Virus record (IMG/VR): IMGVR_UViG_3300025120_000051
Coordinates: 1-60,330 of that record
DNA: 60,330 bases
Strand: one strand, 5' to 3'
From: a virus
Lineage: Duplodnaviria; Caudoviricetes
The position numbers were made by a program, and so were the translations under genes. Positions 15,894 through 24,366 of the stretch are shown one piece after another (within the stretch, counting starts at the first letter, position 1; each line of letters starts with the position of its first letter). A model generated the notes under the pieces. That model worked only from the letters and a program-made list of their open reading frames with translations. It ran no database searches and was not told the DNA's origin.

Positions 15894-16593
15894 AATTGAC
15901 GAAGATTACTACGGTGATTTTGGTAATCAATACTTATCTAACTCACACGTTAGTAAGTTACTAAAAGATCCGCTAAATCTCTTCGCACCAAGTAAACCAT
16001 CACCAGCATTTTTAGTAGGTGGATATTTCCACACGTGCATACTAGAACCTGAAAAACTTGAAAAGTATAAGGTAGTAAAAGCAAGCACTAGAAATACTAA
16101 AGCATACAAAGATGTTGCAGGTGGAGAACTGTGTCTACTAGAACATGAGGTAGATCAAATAGAATTGATGAGAGAAAAAGTTATGAATAATGATATATGC
16201 AAAGACTTAATAACCGCAGGAGACGTAGAATACGAAGTGCCAATGATCGAAGAGATGTTTGGTAATATGTGGAAAGGCAAAGCTGACATTGTTAATCATG
16301 ATGAAAAACTAGTAATTGATTTAAAAACAACAGCAGACATTGATAAGTTTCAATGGTCAGCTAATAAATATAACTATGATTCACAAGCATACATATACAG
16401 TAAGTTGTTTGGATATGAGTTTTTATTTATAGTTATAGACAAGAACACGCACAAGATTGGTGTGTTTGATTGTTCACCAGATTTTTATAAACGAGGTGAA
16501 GATAAAGTTAGAAAAGCAAGTGAAGCTTATGACTTGTTTTACAAAACTAAGGACTTTGATCCTAAACAATATTTCATAAGCAAAACCCTATAA
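15862..16593 (+). CDS. PD-(D/E)XK exonuclease (RecE/DUF3799-like)
   Basis: YLSNS, GGYFHTCILEP, KGKAD..IDLKTT, YNYDSQAYIY. Confidence 0.85.
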   Translation: MNKKQILQRLKIDEDYYGDFGNQYLSNSHVSKLLKDPLNLFAPSKPSPAFLVGGYFHTCILEPEKLEKYKVVKASTRNTKAYKDVAGGELCLLEHEVDQIELMREKVMNNDICKDLITAGDVEYEVPMIEEMFGNMWKGKADIVNHDEKLVIDLKTTADIDKFQWSANKYNYDSQAYIYSKLFGYEFLFIVIDKNTHKIGVFDCSPDFYKRGEDKVRKASEAYDLFYKTKDFDPKQYFISKTL

Positions 16594-16603
16594 AACCAAT
16601 ATA

Positions 16604-16774
16604 ATGGCAAGAGTAAGAAAACAAATCTGTTCAGTGACAGGTATTAAAACAAGCGCTGCAAACTTTTACACAAATCAAAATCACGTAAAAGCAGTTGATA
16701 ACATTAGAAGAACCACAGGTGCTACTAAAGATCAACTAACAAGAATGTTTAACCAAATTAATCAATACGCATAA
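16604..16774 (+). CDS. Small hypothetical protein, 56 aa
   Basis: MARVRKQICSVTG...; fills the gap between exonuclease and SSB genes. Confidence 0.65.
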   Translation: MARVRKQICSVTGIKTSAANFYTNQNHVKAVDNIRRTTGATKDQLTRMFNQINQYA

Positions 16775-16775
16775 T

Positions 16776-17087
16776 ATGGCAAGTATAATAAAAGCAAGTA
16801 TTAACTTAAATGTTATACCCAAAGATAAGATCTATGTGGGTAAAAAAGGTAAGTATCTACCTATTACTATAACATTAAACGATGAGCTAGATCAGTTCGG
16901 TAATCAAGGTCCTGTAGTGGTTGAACAAACCAAGGAAGAGAGAGATGCTAAAGCTGAAAAAGTTTACATGGGTAATGTAAAAGTGGTATGGACAAACGGT
17001 ACAAACGTTGAACCAGCTCCAAGAGATGGGGCTCAAGCTGCACCAGCTATGCAAGCGCAAGCTCCAGCAGATGATTTACCATTTTAA
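16776..17087 (+). CDS. Single-stranded DNA-binding protein (putative)
   Basis: Beta-rich core with acidic DDLPF tail; lies before the primase-helicase. Confidence 0.75.
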   Translation: MASIIKASINLNVIPKDKIYVGKKGKYLPITITLNDELDQFGNQGPVVVEQTKEERDAKAEKVYMGNVKVVWTNGTNVEPAPRDGAQAAPAMQAQAPADDLPF

Positions 17088-17097
17088 ATAATAATAA

Positions 17098-18816
17098 ATG
17101 ACAGTAGAAACTAAAGAGATCAATGGATTTTTGATTGATGAATTCAATCAACATAAGCTTGAAGAGGGCAAGACACAGGGCATTTGTCCTAGTTGCTCTC
17201 ACGATAGAAAACCTAAGAATCAGAAGCTTAAATGTGCTTCGTATGATTGGGAACGTGGTCTCGGTACTTGTCATAATTGTAACACATCATTTCAACTACA
17301 TACTTACCAACGTAAGGGTGCTAGCGAAAAAGTTTATGTTCGACCCGAACAGGTAGAATACAAAGCTCCAGATAGCAAAGTAGTTGAATGGTTTAAAACA
17401 AGAGGTATATCTCAGGCAACCTTAACTAGCTGTAATGTTAGTGAAGGCCCTGAGTTCATGCCGCAGACAGGTAAGACCGAGAATACTATAAAGTTTAATT
17501 ACATGATGGGCGATCAGCTTATTAATGTAAAATACCGCGATGGTAGAAAAAACTTTAAATTATATAAGGGTGCTGAAAAAGTGTTCTACAATATAAACAG
17601 TATCGTCGGTTATGATACATGCGTTATAGTTGAAGGTGAGATGGATGTGTTAGCTTTACATGAAGCTGGTATTACAAATGCAATATCAGTTCCTAACGGT
17701 GCCACATTAAACTCTAACAACCTAGAATACTTAGATAATTGTATAGATTACTTAGATGATAAAACTAAAATTATTCTTGCAGTTGACGCTGATGAAGCAG
17801 GTAATGCTTTAAAGCAAGAGTTCATACGTAGGCTAGGTGCTGAAGTATGTTTTCTTGTAGAATTCAGTGACTGTAAAGATGCTAACGAGTATTTAACAAC
17901 CCATGGGCCTGAGGCTTTGCAAAGTGCTATACACGCATGCAAACCAGTGCCTCTCGAAGGTGTTAGTACTTTATACGATATAGAAGATGAACTTAAAGAT
18001 TTTGTTAAAAACGGTTTTAAACCAGGGTTTCAAGTTGGGCTTGAAAACTTCGATAAGATTTTTTCAACTTATACCGGACAGTTTATTACTGTTACTGGTA
18101 TACCTAGTAGCGGTAAGTCTGATTTTGTTGACCAGATGGTTGTAGGTTATAATCAAAACTATGCCTGGAAAACAGCTTTTGCGTCTCCAGAAAATCAACC
18201 TACTTATCTACACGCTCATAAATTAATGAGAAAGGTTTGGCAAGATATGCCTACCGCTAGCGATATAGGTACTGATTCCTGGAATCGCGTTGCTGACCAT
18301 GTTAATGATAACTTCTTTTTTATTGATATGGATAGATATACGCTAGACCACGTGCTGCAAAAAGGTGCTGAGCTTGTAAAACGCAAAGGTATTAAATGTT
18401 TAGTTATTGATCCTTTTAATAAGGTTAGAGATATAAACTGTAAGACTGAAGATGTTAATAGGTACACAATGGAGTACTTAACAAAAATAGAAACTTTTGC
18501 TAAAAAATATGATGTGTTAGTTTTTATAGTTGCACACCCTACTAAAATGTACAGAGACAAAGATGGTAAAATTGAAGAGCCAACAATGTACAGTATTAAA
18601 GGTGGTGGCGAATGGTACGATGCTAGTTATCACGGGATATTAGTTCACAGAGACTACGAAGCAAAAACAGTTAAAGCAAAAGTACTTAAGGTTAAGTTTC
18701 AAAACCTTGGTGAAAATCAAGCCGAGGCACATTTTAAATGGGAACCGAGATCCGGTTGCTTTATACCTAACGAACCTGTAATGAATAGCGACAATGCCAG
18801 TTTACCGTGGGAGTAA
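17098..18816 (+). CDS. DNA primase-helicase (T7 gp4/Twinkle type)
   Basis: Zn finger CPSC..CHNC, TOPRIM EGEMD..DAD..KDANE, Walker A GIPSSGKS, LVIDP, VAHP. Confidence 0.96.
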   Translation: MTVETKEINGFLIDEFNQHKLEEGKTQGICPSCSHDRKPKNQKLKCASYDWERGLGTCHNCNTSFQLHTYQRKGASEKVYVRPEQVEYKAPDSKVVEWFKTRGISQATLTSCNVSEGPEFMPQTGKTENTIKFNYMMGDQLINVKYRDGRKNFKLYKGAEKVFYNINSIVGYDTCVIVEGEMDVLALHEAGITNAISVPNGATLNSNNLEYLDNCIDYLDDKTKIILAVDADEAGNALKQEFIRRLGAEVCFLVEFSDCKDANEYLTTHGPEALQSAIHACKPVPLEGVSTLYDIEDELKDFVKNGFKPGFQVGLENFDKIFSTYTGQFITVTGIPSSGKSDFVDQMVVGYNQNYAWKTAFASPENQPTYLHAHKLMRKVWQDMPTASDIGTDSWNRVADHVNDNFFFIDMDRYTLDHVLQKGAELVKRKGIKCLVIDPFNKVRDINCKTEDVNRYTMEYLTKIETFAKKYDVLVFIVAHPTKMYRDKDGKIEEPTMYSIKGGGEWYDASYHGILVHRDYEAKTVKAKVLKVKFQNLGENQAEAHFKWEPRSGCFIPNEPVMNSDNASLPWE

Positions 18817-19057
18817 GAAGAAAGGTTCTGGAATGGGATCACACATGCCAACTAAAGAAGAGACTGAAGCTATCAGGTGGTGTATTAACAATGGAATACA
18901 TATATCACCATGGGCTAGAGATCAATCAACTTGGTATGTAAGTATCATAATAAACAGAGGTAAAAACAATGTTAGCTCTGAGTTTTATGAACGAATAGAA
19001 ATATGGAAAAAAATACACGAATACTATAAATATTATTATGATAAACACAAGATTTAA
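18794..19057 (+). CDS. Hypothetical protein
   Basis: ORF track; overlaps both neighbours. Confidence 0.7.
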   Translation: MPVYRGSKKKGSGMGSHMPTKEETEAIRWCINNGIHISPWARDQSTWYVSIIINRGKNNVSSEFYERIEIWKKIHEYYKYYYDKHKI

Positions 19058-19682
19058 AAACGCTAACGAAGCATACGAGTTTCTGCTAGATCAAGCCATA
19101 CGACATGGCCAAGATTTTAATGGTACTAAAGCTTTGTTTAACTGTGGTTTTTATATAGATAATCCAAGAAATAAACTTATTACAAATGCTGAGCGCGACT
19201 GGAGTCCTAAATACGCGGCCGCAGAATGGGCTTGGTATTTATCTGGTGATCCTAGTATTAACAAGCTAGGAGATCTGTATGGTAAAATACCTCCAATATG
19301 GAGACGTATGGCTGACCCAAGTGGTAATGTAAATTCTAATTATGGTTATCAATGGAAACGTAACGATCAAATTGGTTATGTTGTTGATCTACTTAGAAAC
19401 AACAAAGACACTAGACAGGCTTGTATATCTATATACGATGGTAAAGAACACGATAAGTTTGCTACCGACACGCCATGTACTTATGCTGTTCAGTTTACAA
19501 TTATAGACAATAAGCTTTGTATGTCTGTCTATATGCGTTCTAATGACATCTGGTACGGTTTCTGTAATGATCAGTATCAATTTGCGTCTTTACAAGAGAT
19601 GATCGCAGACAAGCTGTCTATTGAAACCGGTTGGTACTACCACCACGCGCACAACATGCACTTATACAACGATAAACTATGA
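19038..19682 (+). CDS. Thymidylate-synthase-family enzyme, dCMP hydroxymethylase-like
   Basis: NSNYG, catalytic PCT, MRSNDxxxGFxND (Asp at the specificity position), HxY. Confidence 0.8.
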   Translation: MINTRFKNANEAYEFLLDQAIRHGQDFNGTKALFNCGFYIDNPRNKLITNAERDWSPKYAAAEWAWYLSGDPSINKLGDLYGKIPPIWRRMADPSGNVNSNYGYQWKRNDQIGYVVDLLRNNKDTRQACISIYDGKEHDKFATDTPCTYAVQFTIIDNKLCMSVYMRSNDIWYGFCNDQYQFASLQEMIADKLSIETGWYYHHAHNMHLYNDKL

Positions 19683-20521
19683 TGTACTATATATACCACA
19701 TACCAGGTAAAAAGATCGGTGTTACACGTGATCTTAGTAACCGGGTCACAAAACAACAAGGCTACGATCACCATGAGTATGAAGTTCTACTTTCTAGCGA
19801 TGATATAGATTATATATCAAACATGGAAATACAACTACAAAAAGCTCACGGCTACAAGGTAGATAGAAAATTATATAAAAATTTAAAACCAAAAACCAAT
19901 ATGAAAATAAATGTAACTGAACAAACCACTACATTTCCTTGCCCGCTTAACAAGCTCAAGGGAAGACTAATGGATAATATCGGTATGAGTTGGGACACCG
20001 AGCACGGAGAGCTAAACGTCACCAACAGATCCATAAAATGGATAATGTCTAATGTTAAAACGTCTATGTACAACGATGAGAGATGTTATGTATACAACAA
20101 GGCTTTTGCTAGATGGTATGATAATAACGATGCTTATACTGTAGATGAATTACATTCTAAAAATATACAAAAACAAGCTTACAAGGTTCAAAACCAACTA
20201 AATGACGTTAACGTTATGCTTGACGAAGGTACTCATTTTGATAAAATTAGAACCTGGGCTTTAACTAGAGGATTGTATCAACAAGGCGATCCAATGACAC
20301 AGTACGTCAAGCTACAAGAAGAATGTGGCGAGCTTGCTAAAGCTTTACTAAAGAAAGATGAGCCCGAAGTTATAGATGCTATTGGGGACATTATAGTTGT
20401 GCTAACAAACTTAGCTCATTTAAAAGGGTATAAGATTGAAGACTGTATTGAATCAGCGTATGATGTAATTAATAAACGAACTGGTAAAATGTTAAACGGA
20501 ACTTTTGTGAAAGATGAATAA
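19679..20521 (+). CDS. Fusion: GIY-YIG-like N-terminus plus MazG-like NTP pyrophosphatase
   Basis: YYIYHIPGKKIGVT..R; C-terminal KLQEECGELAKA..DAIGDIIVVL. Confidence 0.8.
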   Translation: MMYYIYHIPGKKIGVTRDLSNRVTKQQGYDHHEYEVLLSSDDIDYISNMEIQLQKAHGYKVDRKLYKNLKPKTNMKINVTEQTTTFPCPLNKLKGRLMDNIGMSWDTEHGELNVTNRSIKWIMSNVKTSMYNDERCYVYNKAFARWYDNNDAYTVDELHSKNIQKQAYKVQNQLNDVNVMLDEGTHFDKIRTWALTRGLYQQGDPMTQYVKLQEECGELAKALLKKDEPEVIDAIGDIIVVLTNLAHLKGYKIEDCIESAYDVINKRTGKMLNGTFVKDE

Positions 20522-20789
20522 AAGAACTATATTATTTAGAGACCCAGTAGTAGAACGTGTAGTAGATAAATTTGTCAGCAGGTCTGACGTGGGTTTTAAG
20601 AAGTACGGAAAAACTCTACACGATGAACGCACAACAGGTATTAAAGATCTTGCTAAGTATCTTAACGATGTACAAGAGGAGTTGATGGATGCAGTGCTAT
20701 ACATACAAGCTGCACGCGAAGAGATAAGAGATCTCACCGAAGAAGCTATAATTAAATCAATTGACATCCATGATGAAGAAGAAATTTAA
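20514..20789 (+). CDS. All-alpha NTP-pyrophosphatase-like protein
   Basis: R..VGFKKYGKTL..QEELMDAVLY motif. Confidence 0.6.
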   Translation: MNKRTILFRDPVVERVVDKFVSRSDVGFKKYGKTLHDERTTGIKDLAKYLNDVQEELMDAVLYIQAAREEIRDLTEEAIIKSIDIHDEEEI

Positions 20790-21243
20790 AAGAAAAAAAG
20801 GTCCAGTGCAGTCAAAGAAGATATCATACGATGGTATCAACTTTGCCTCAGGGCTTGAAAGGTATATGTATATGGCATTACGCAAAGCTAAAATATCAGC
20901 TTTGTACGAAGGCCAAACCTTTGAGTTATCTCCACCTTTTGATTTTCAATTTGAATCGTTTGAACGATGTGGTAACGGTAAAGGAGAATACAAAAATAGA
21001 GGTAATAAGAAAATACTAAACATAAAGTACACACCAGATTTTGTTGGTAAAGGATTTATAATAGAAACTAAAGGTAGGGCTAACGAGTCTTTTCCACTAA
21101 GGTGGAAGTTGTTTAAAAGACTTATAACAGAAAACAGGCTAGGACCTTTAACTTTATACAAACCGCAAAACCACAAAGAGTGTGATGAAACAGTTAAATT
21201 AATAATTAAAAAACAAAATGAAAATGCAAGCATGGGAAATTAA
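20770..21243 (+). CDS. Endonuclease (T7 endonuclease I/DUF1064-like resolvase)
   Basis: FASGLE, YTPDF, IIETKG; start taken at the internal ATG. Confidence 0.8.
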   Translation: MMKKKFKRKKGPVQSKKISYDGINFASGLERYMYMALRKAKISALYEGQTFELSPPFDFQFESFERCGNGKGEYKNRGNKKILNIKYTPDFVGKGFIIETKGRANESFPLRWKLFKRLITENRLGPLTLYKPQNHKECDETVKLIIKKQNENASMGN

Positions 21244-21373
21244 CCTAGGACTTATTCCTGGACTACTGTTCGGTTTTAGACAGTATGAAGATTATGAAAA
21301 TAACAAGATAGATTATGTTCTATACATAGGTTGTATAGACGTTTGTTTCACTGCTTATTACGGGGAAGAATAA
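21218..21373 (+). CDS. Small hypothetical protein, 51 aa
   Basis: MKMQAWEINLGLIPGLLFGFRQY...; stop overlaps the nrdB ATG. Confidence 0.6.
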   Translation: MKMQAWEINLGLIPGLLFGFRQYEDYENNKIDYVLYIGCIDVCFTAYYGEE

Positions 21374-22341
21374 TGGGGTTATTTGATGAAAGAATACCGT
21401 ATAAGCCTTTTGAGTACCCTGAATACTATACAGAAGGTTGGTTGAAACAAGCTCAGGCGTTTTGGTTGCACACCGAAATACCTATGTCAGGAGATGTTAA
21501 GGACTGGAATGAGTCTTTAACTATGAAAGAGAAAAACCTAGTGGGAAACATCCTACTAGGCTTTGCTCAGACAGAATGTGCCGTGTCTGATTACTGGACA
21601 CAGAAAGTTGTTGGATGGTTTCCTAAACACGAAATACAACAAATGGCTATGATGTTTGGTTCGCAAGAAACAATACACGCTGTAGCATATAGTTATTTAA
21701 ATGAAACTTTAAAATTAGAAGACTATGAAGCGTTTTTACACGAACCTGCGACAGCCGATCGTTTTGATAACTTGGTTGCTTATGATGGCAACGACACTGT
21801 GGGTATCGGAACCTCCCTTGCTATCTTCTCTGCTTTTGCAGAAGGTGTTAGCTTATACAGTGCCTTTGCTGTTCTTTATTCTTTTCAGCTACGTAATCTA
21901 CTTAAAGGCATCGGACAACAAATGAAATGGTCTGTGAGAGACGAGAGTCTACACAGTAGAATGGGTTGTCAATTGTTTAGACAGATGTGTGAAGAAGATA
22001 AAACATTGTTAGCAGCTTGTAGAGATGATATAGCTCAAGCAGCATCTACGATGGTTAGACTAGAAGAAAAGTATATTGACAAAATGTTTGAGATGGGAGA
22101 TATAGAAGGTATATCTGCTAACGATTTAAAACAGTTTATAAGAAAGAGAGCTAATGAAAAACTTATTGAGTTAGGTTACCTCGACCTTGGGTCATATTTC
22201 GACTACGACGAAGAAGCAGCAAGTAATCTTGATTGGTTCTACCATCTTACTGGAGGTCATACTCACACTGATTTTTTCGCTGTTAGGTCGACTGACTATA
22301 GTAAAGCTAATGAAGGTGAAGATTTTGAAGACGTATGGTAA
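21373..22341 (+). CDS. nrdB: Ribonucleotide reductase class I beta subunit
   Basis: ETIHAVAY, AEGVSLYSAF, RDESLH dimetal motifs; start reassigned to MGLFDER. Confidence 0.95.
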   Translation: MGLFDERIPYKPFEYPEYYTEGWLKQAQAFWLHTEIPMSGDVKDWNESLTMKEKNLVGNILLGFAQTECAVSDYWTQKVVGWFPKHEIQQMAMMFGSQETIHAVAYSYLNETLKLEDYEAFLHEPATADRFDNLVAYDGNDTVGIGTSLAIFSAFAEGVSLYSAFAVLYSFQLRNLLKGIGQQMKWSVRDESLHSRMGCQLFRQMCEEDKTLLAACRDDIAQAASTMVRLEEKYIDKMFEMGDIEGISANDLKQFIRKRANEKLIELGYLDLGSYFDYDEEAASNLDWFYHLTGGHTHTDFFAVRSTDYSKANEGEDFEDVW

Positions 22342-22589
22342 GTTATAGACTTAAAAAGTTTTTAGTCGAAAGACAACGGAGACTAAAGCCGAACGAGCGT
22401 ATGGCTACTAGAATAGGCTACATGGGTGCTGGCTTTTTAATAGCTGCTCAATGGACGCTAGAACCAGTGCTATACATACTCGGCTTTATCTGCGTTATGA
22501 TCCAAACAGGATCAAGAAAACAATGGAACTTAGTTGCCTTAAACTTAAACGGTTTAGTGGCTTGGATTAAACATTTAATAACATTATAA
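22335..22589 (+). CDS. Small multi-pass membrane protein
   Basis: 2-3 short hydrophobic helices; between nrdB and nrdA. Confidence 0.6.
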   Translation: MVSYRLKKFLVERQRRLKPNERMATRIGYMGAGFLIAAQWTLEPVLYILGFICVMIQTGSRKQWNLVALNLNGLVAWIKHLITL

Positions 22590-22591
22590 AT

Positions 22592-24313
22592 ATGTGGAGT
22601 AACAGATGGAAAAAAGGAATAGACTACCCAGAGTGGGCTGAGTCTGATGTGTATAAAAAAACAATACAAGGTGGTTACTTATTATACGATGAAACACCTA
22701 AAGAAGCTTATCAACGCGTGGCTAAAACAGTTGCAAGACGATTAGATCGACCTGAGATGGCCGAAACATTTTTTGATTACATTTGGAAAGGCTGGTTATG
22801 TCTAGCTTCTCCTGTGTTATCTAATACTGGTACTGATAAAGGTTTACCGATAAGTTGCTTTGGTATCGATGTTGCAGATAGTATAATTGATATAGGCCAG
22901 AAAAACTTAGAAATGATGTTACTGGCTAAACACGGCGGTGGAGTTGGTATTGGTGTTAATCAGATAAGACCTGCTGGAGCTAAGATAACTGGTAATGGAA
23001 CTAGTGACGGTGTTGTGCCATTTTGTAAGATATATGACTCTACAATACTAGCAACAAACCAAGGGTCTGTAAGGCGAGGAGCTGCGTCAGTTAATATAAA
23101 TATTGAACACCCTGACTTTGAAGACTGGTTAGAAATTAGAGAACCTAAAGGAGATGTAAATAGACAATCACTAAACCTACATCAATGTGCTGTGGTTGGT
23201 GATAAGTTTATGAGAAAGCTTAGAGATGGTGATAAAGTTTCTAGACGTAAATGGGGTAAGTTATTACAAAAGCGTAAAGCTACAGGAGAACCTTATATAA
23301 TGTTTAAAGGTAACGTTAACAAGAATAACCCTTCTGCATACAAAGACAACGCTTTAAAGGTACATATGACAAACATATGTAGTGAGATAACTTTACACAC
23401 AGATGAGAACCACAGTTTTGTTTGCTGCTTATCTAGTTTGAACTTATCTAAATATCATGAATGGAAGAATAGTAACCTAATATACGACAGTATATGGTTC
23501 TTAGATGGAGTGTTAGAAGAGTTTATACAAAAAGCAAAGAACACTAGAGGATTTGAGAACGCTGTAAGATCTGCTGAAAAAGGTAGAGCTTTAGGTTTGG
23601 GTGTAGTCGGATGGCATACTTATTTACAACAGAAAGGTTTACCTTTCGAAGGATTATTAGCACAATATGAAACAAGAAGAATATTTTCACAAATCAAAAT
23701 TGAATCAGAAAGAGCTAGTATGGCTTTGGCTGAAGAATTTAATGAACCGCTTTGGTGCGTCGGCACAGGTTTTAGGAACACACATCTCAGAGCTATTGCT
23801 CCTACTGTTAGTAATAGTAAGTTATCTGGGAATATTAGTCCTGGAATTGAGCCTTGGGCTGCTAATGTATTTACAGACCAGTCTGCTAAAGGCACGTTCA
23901 TACGTAAGAACCCTACGTTGGAGAGCGTATTAATAGAAAACAATTTAAACAATAAAAAAATATGGGACCAAATCTTAAAGGACGGGGGCTCGGTGCAGGA
24001 CATCAAAGCATTAGAGAAAATTACATTGGGCGATCACGATATACCGCTCAAAGAAGTCTTCAGAACTTTCAAAGAAATAAACCAACTAGAACTAATTAAT
24101 CAAGCTGGTATACGACAACAGTATATAGACCAGAGTGTTAGTTTGAATCTAGCGTTTCCATCTGAAGCTGAACCTAAGTTTATAAACAAGGTTCATCTAG
24201 ATGCTTGGAAAAAAGGTATTAAGACTTTGTATTACATGAGGACCGAATCGGTCTTGAGAGGAGATATAGCAGCAAACGCAACCGATGAAAGTTGCGTAAG
24301 TTGCGATGGATAG
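22592..24313 (+). CDS. nrdA: Ribonucleotide reductase class I alpha subunit (no ATP cone)
   Basis: PISCF, GGGVG, TNICSEI, AIAPT, LYY, C-terminal CVSC. Confidence 0.97.
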   Translation: MWSNRWKKGIDYPEWAESDVYKKTIQGGYLLYDETPKEAYQRVAKTVARRLDRPEMAETFFDYIWKGWLCLASPVLSNTGTDKGLPISCFGIDVADSIIDIGQKNLEMMLLAKHGGGVGIGVNQIRPAGAKITGNGTSDGVVPFCKIYDSTILATNQGSVRRGAASVNINIEHPDFEDWLEIREPKGDVNRQSLNLHQCAVVGDKFMRKLRDGDKVSRRKWGKLLQKRKATGEPYIMFKGNVNKNNPSAYKDNALKVHMTNICSEITLHTDENHSFVCCLSSLNLSKYHEWKNSNLIYDSIWFLDGVLEEFIQKAKNTRGFENAVRSAEKGRALGLGVVGWHTYLQQKGLPFEGLLAQYETRRIFSQIKIESERASMALAEEFNEPLWCVGTGFRNTHLRAIAPTVSNSKLSGNISPGIEPWAANVFTDQSAKGTFIRKNPTLESVLIENNLNNKKIWDQILKDGGSVQDIKALEKITLGDHDIPLKEVFRTFKEINQLELINQAGIRQQYIDQSVSLNLAFPSEAEPKFINKVHLDAWKKGIKTLYYMRTESVLRGDIAANATDESCVSCDG

Positions 24314-24332
24314 TTTAGTTTGTTTGTTGAAG

Positions 24333-24366
24333 AAAGAGGGGATCGTGGTTGATCCCCTTTTTTTTT
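24333..24366. terminator. Intrinsic terminator between convergent blocks
   Basis: AGGGGATC-gtggtt-GATCCCCT followed by a T run. Confidence 0.85.
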
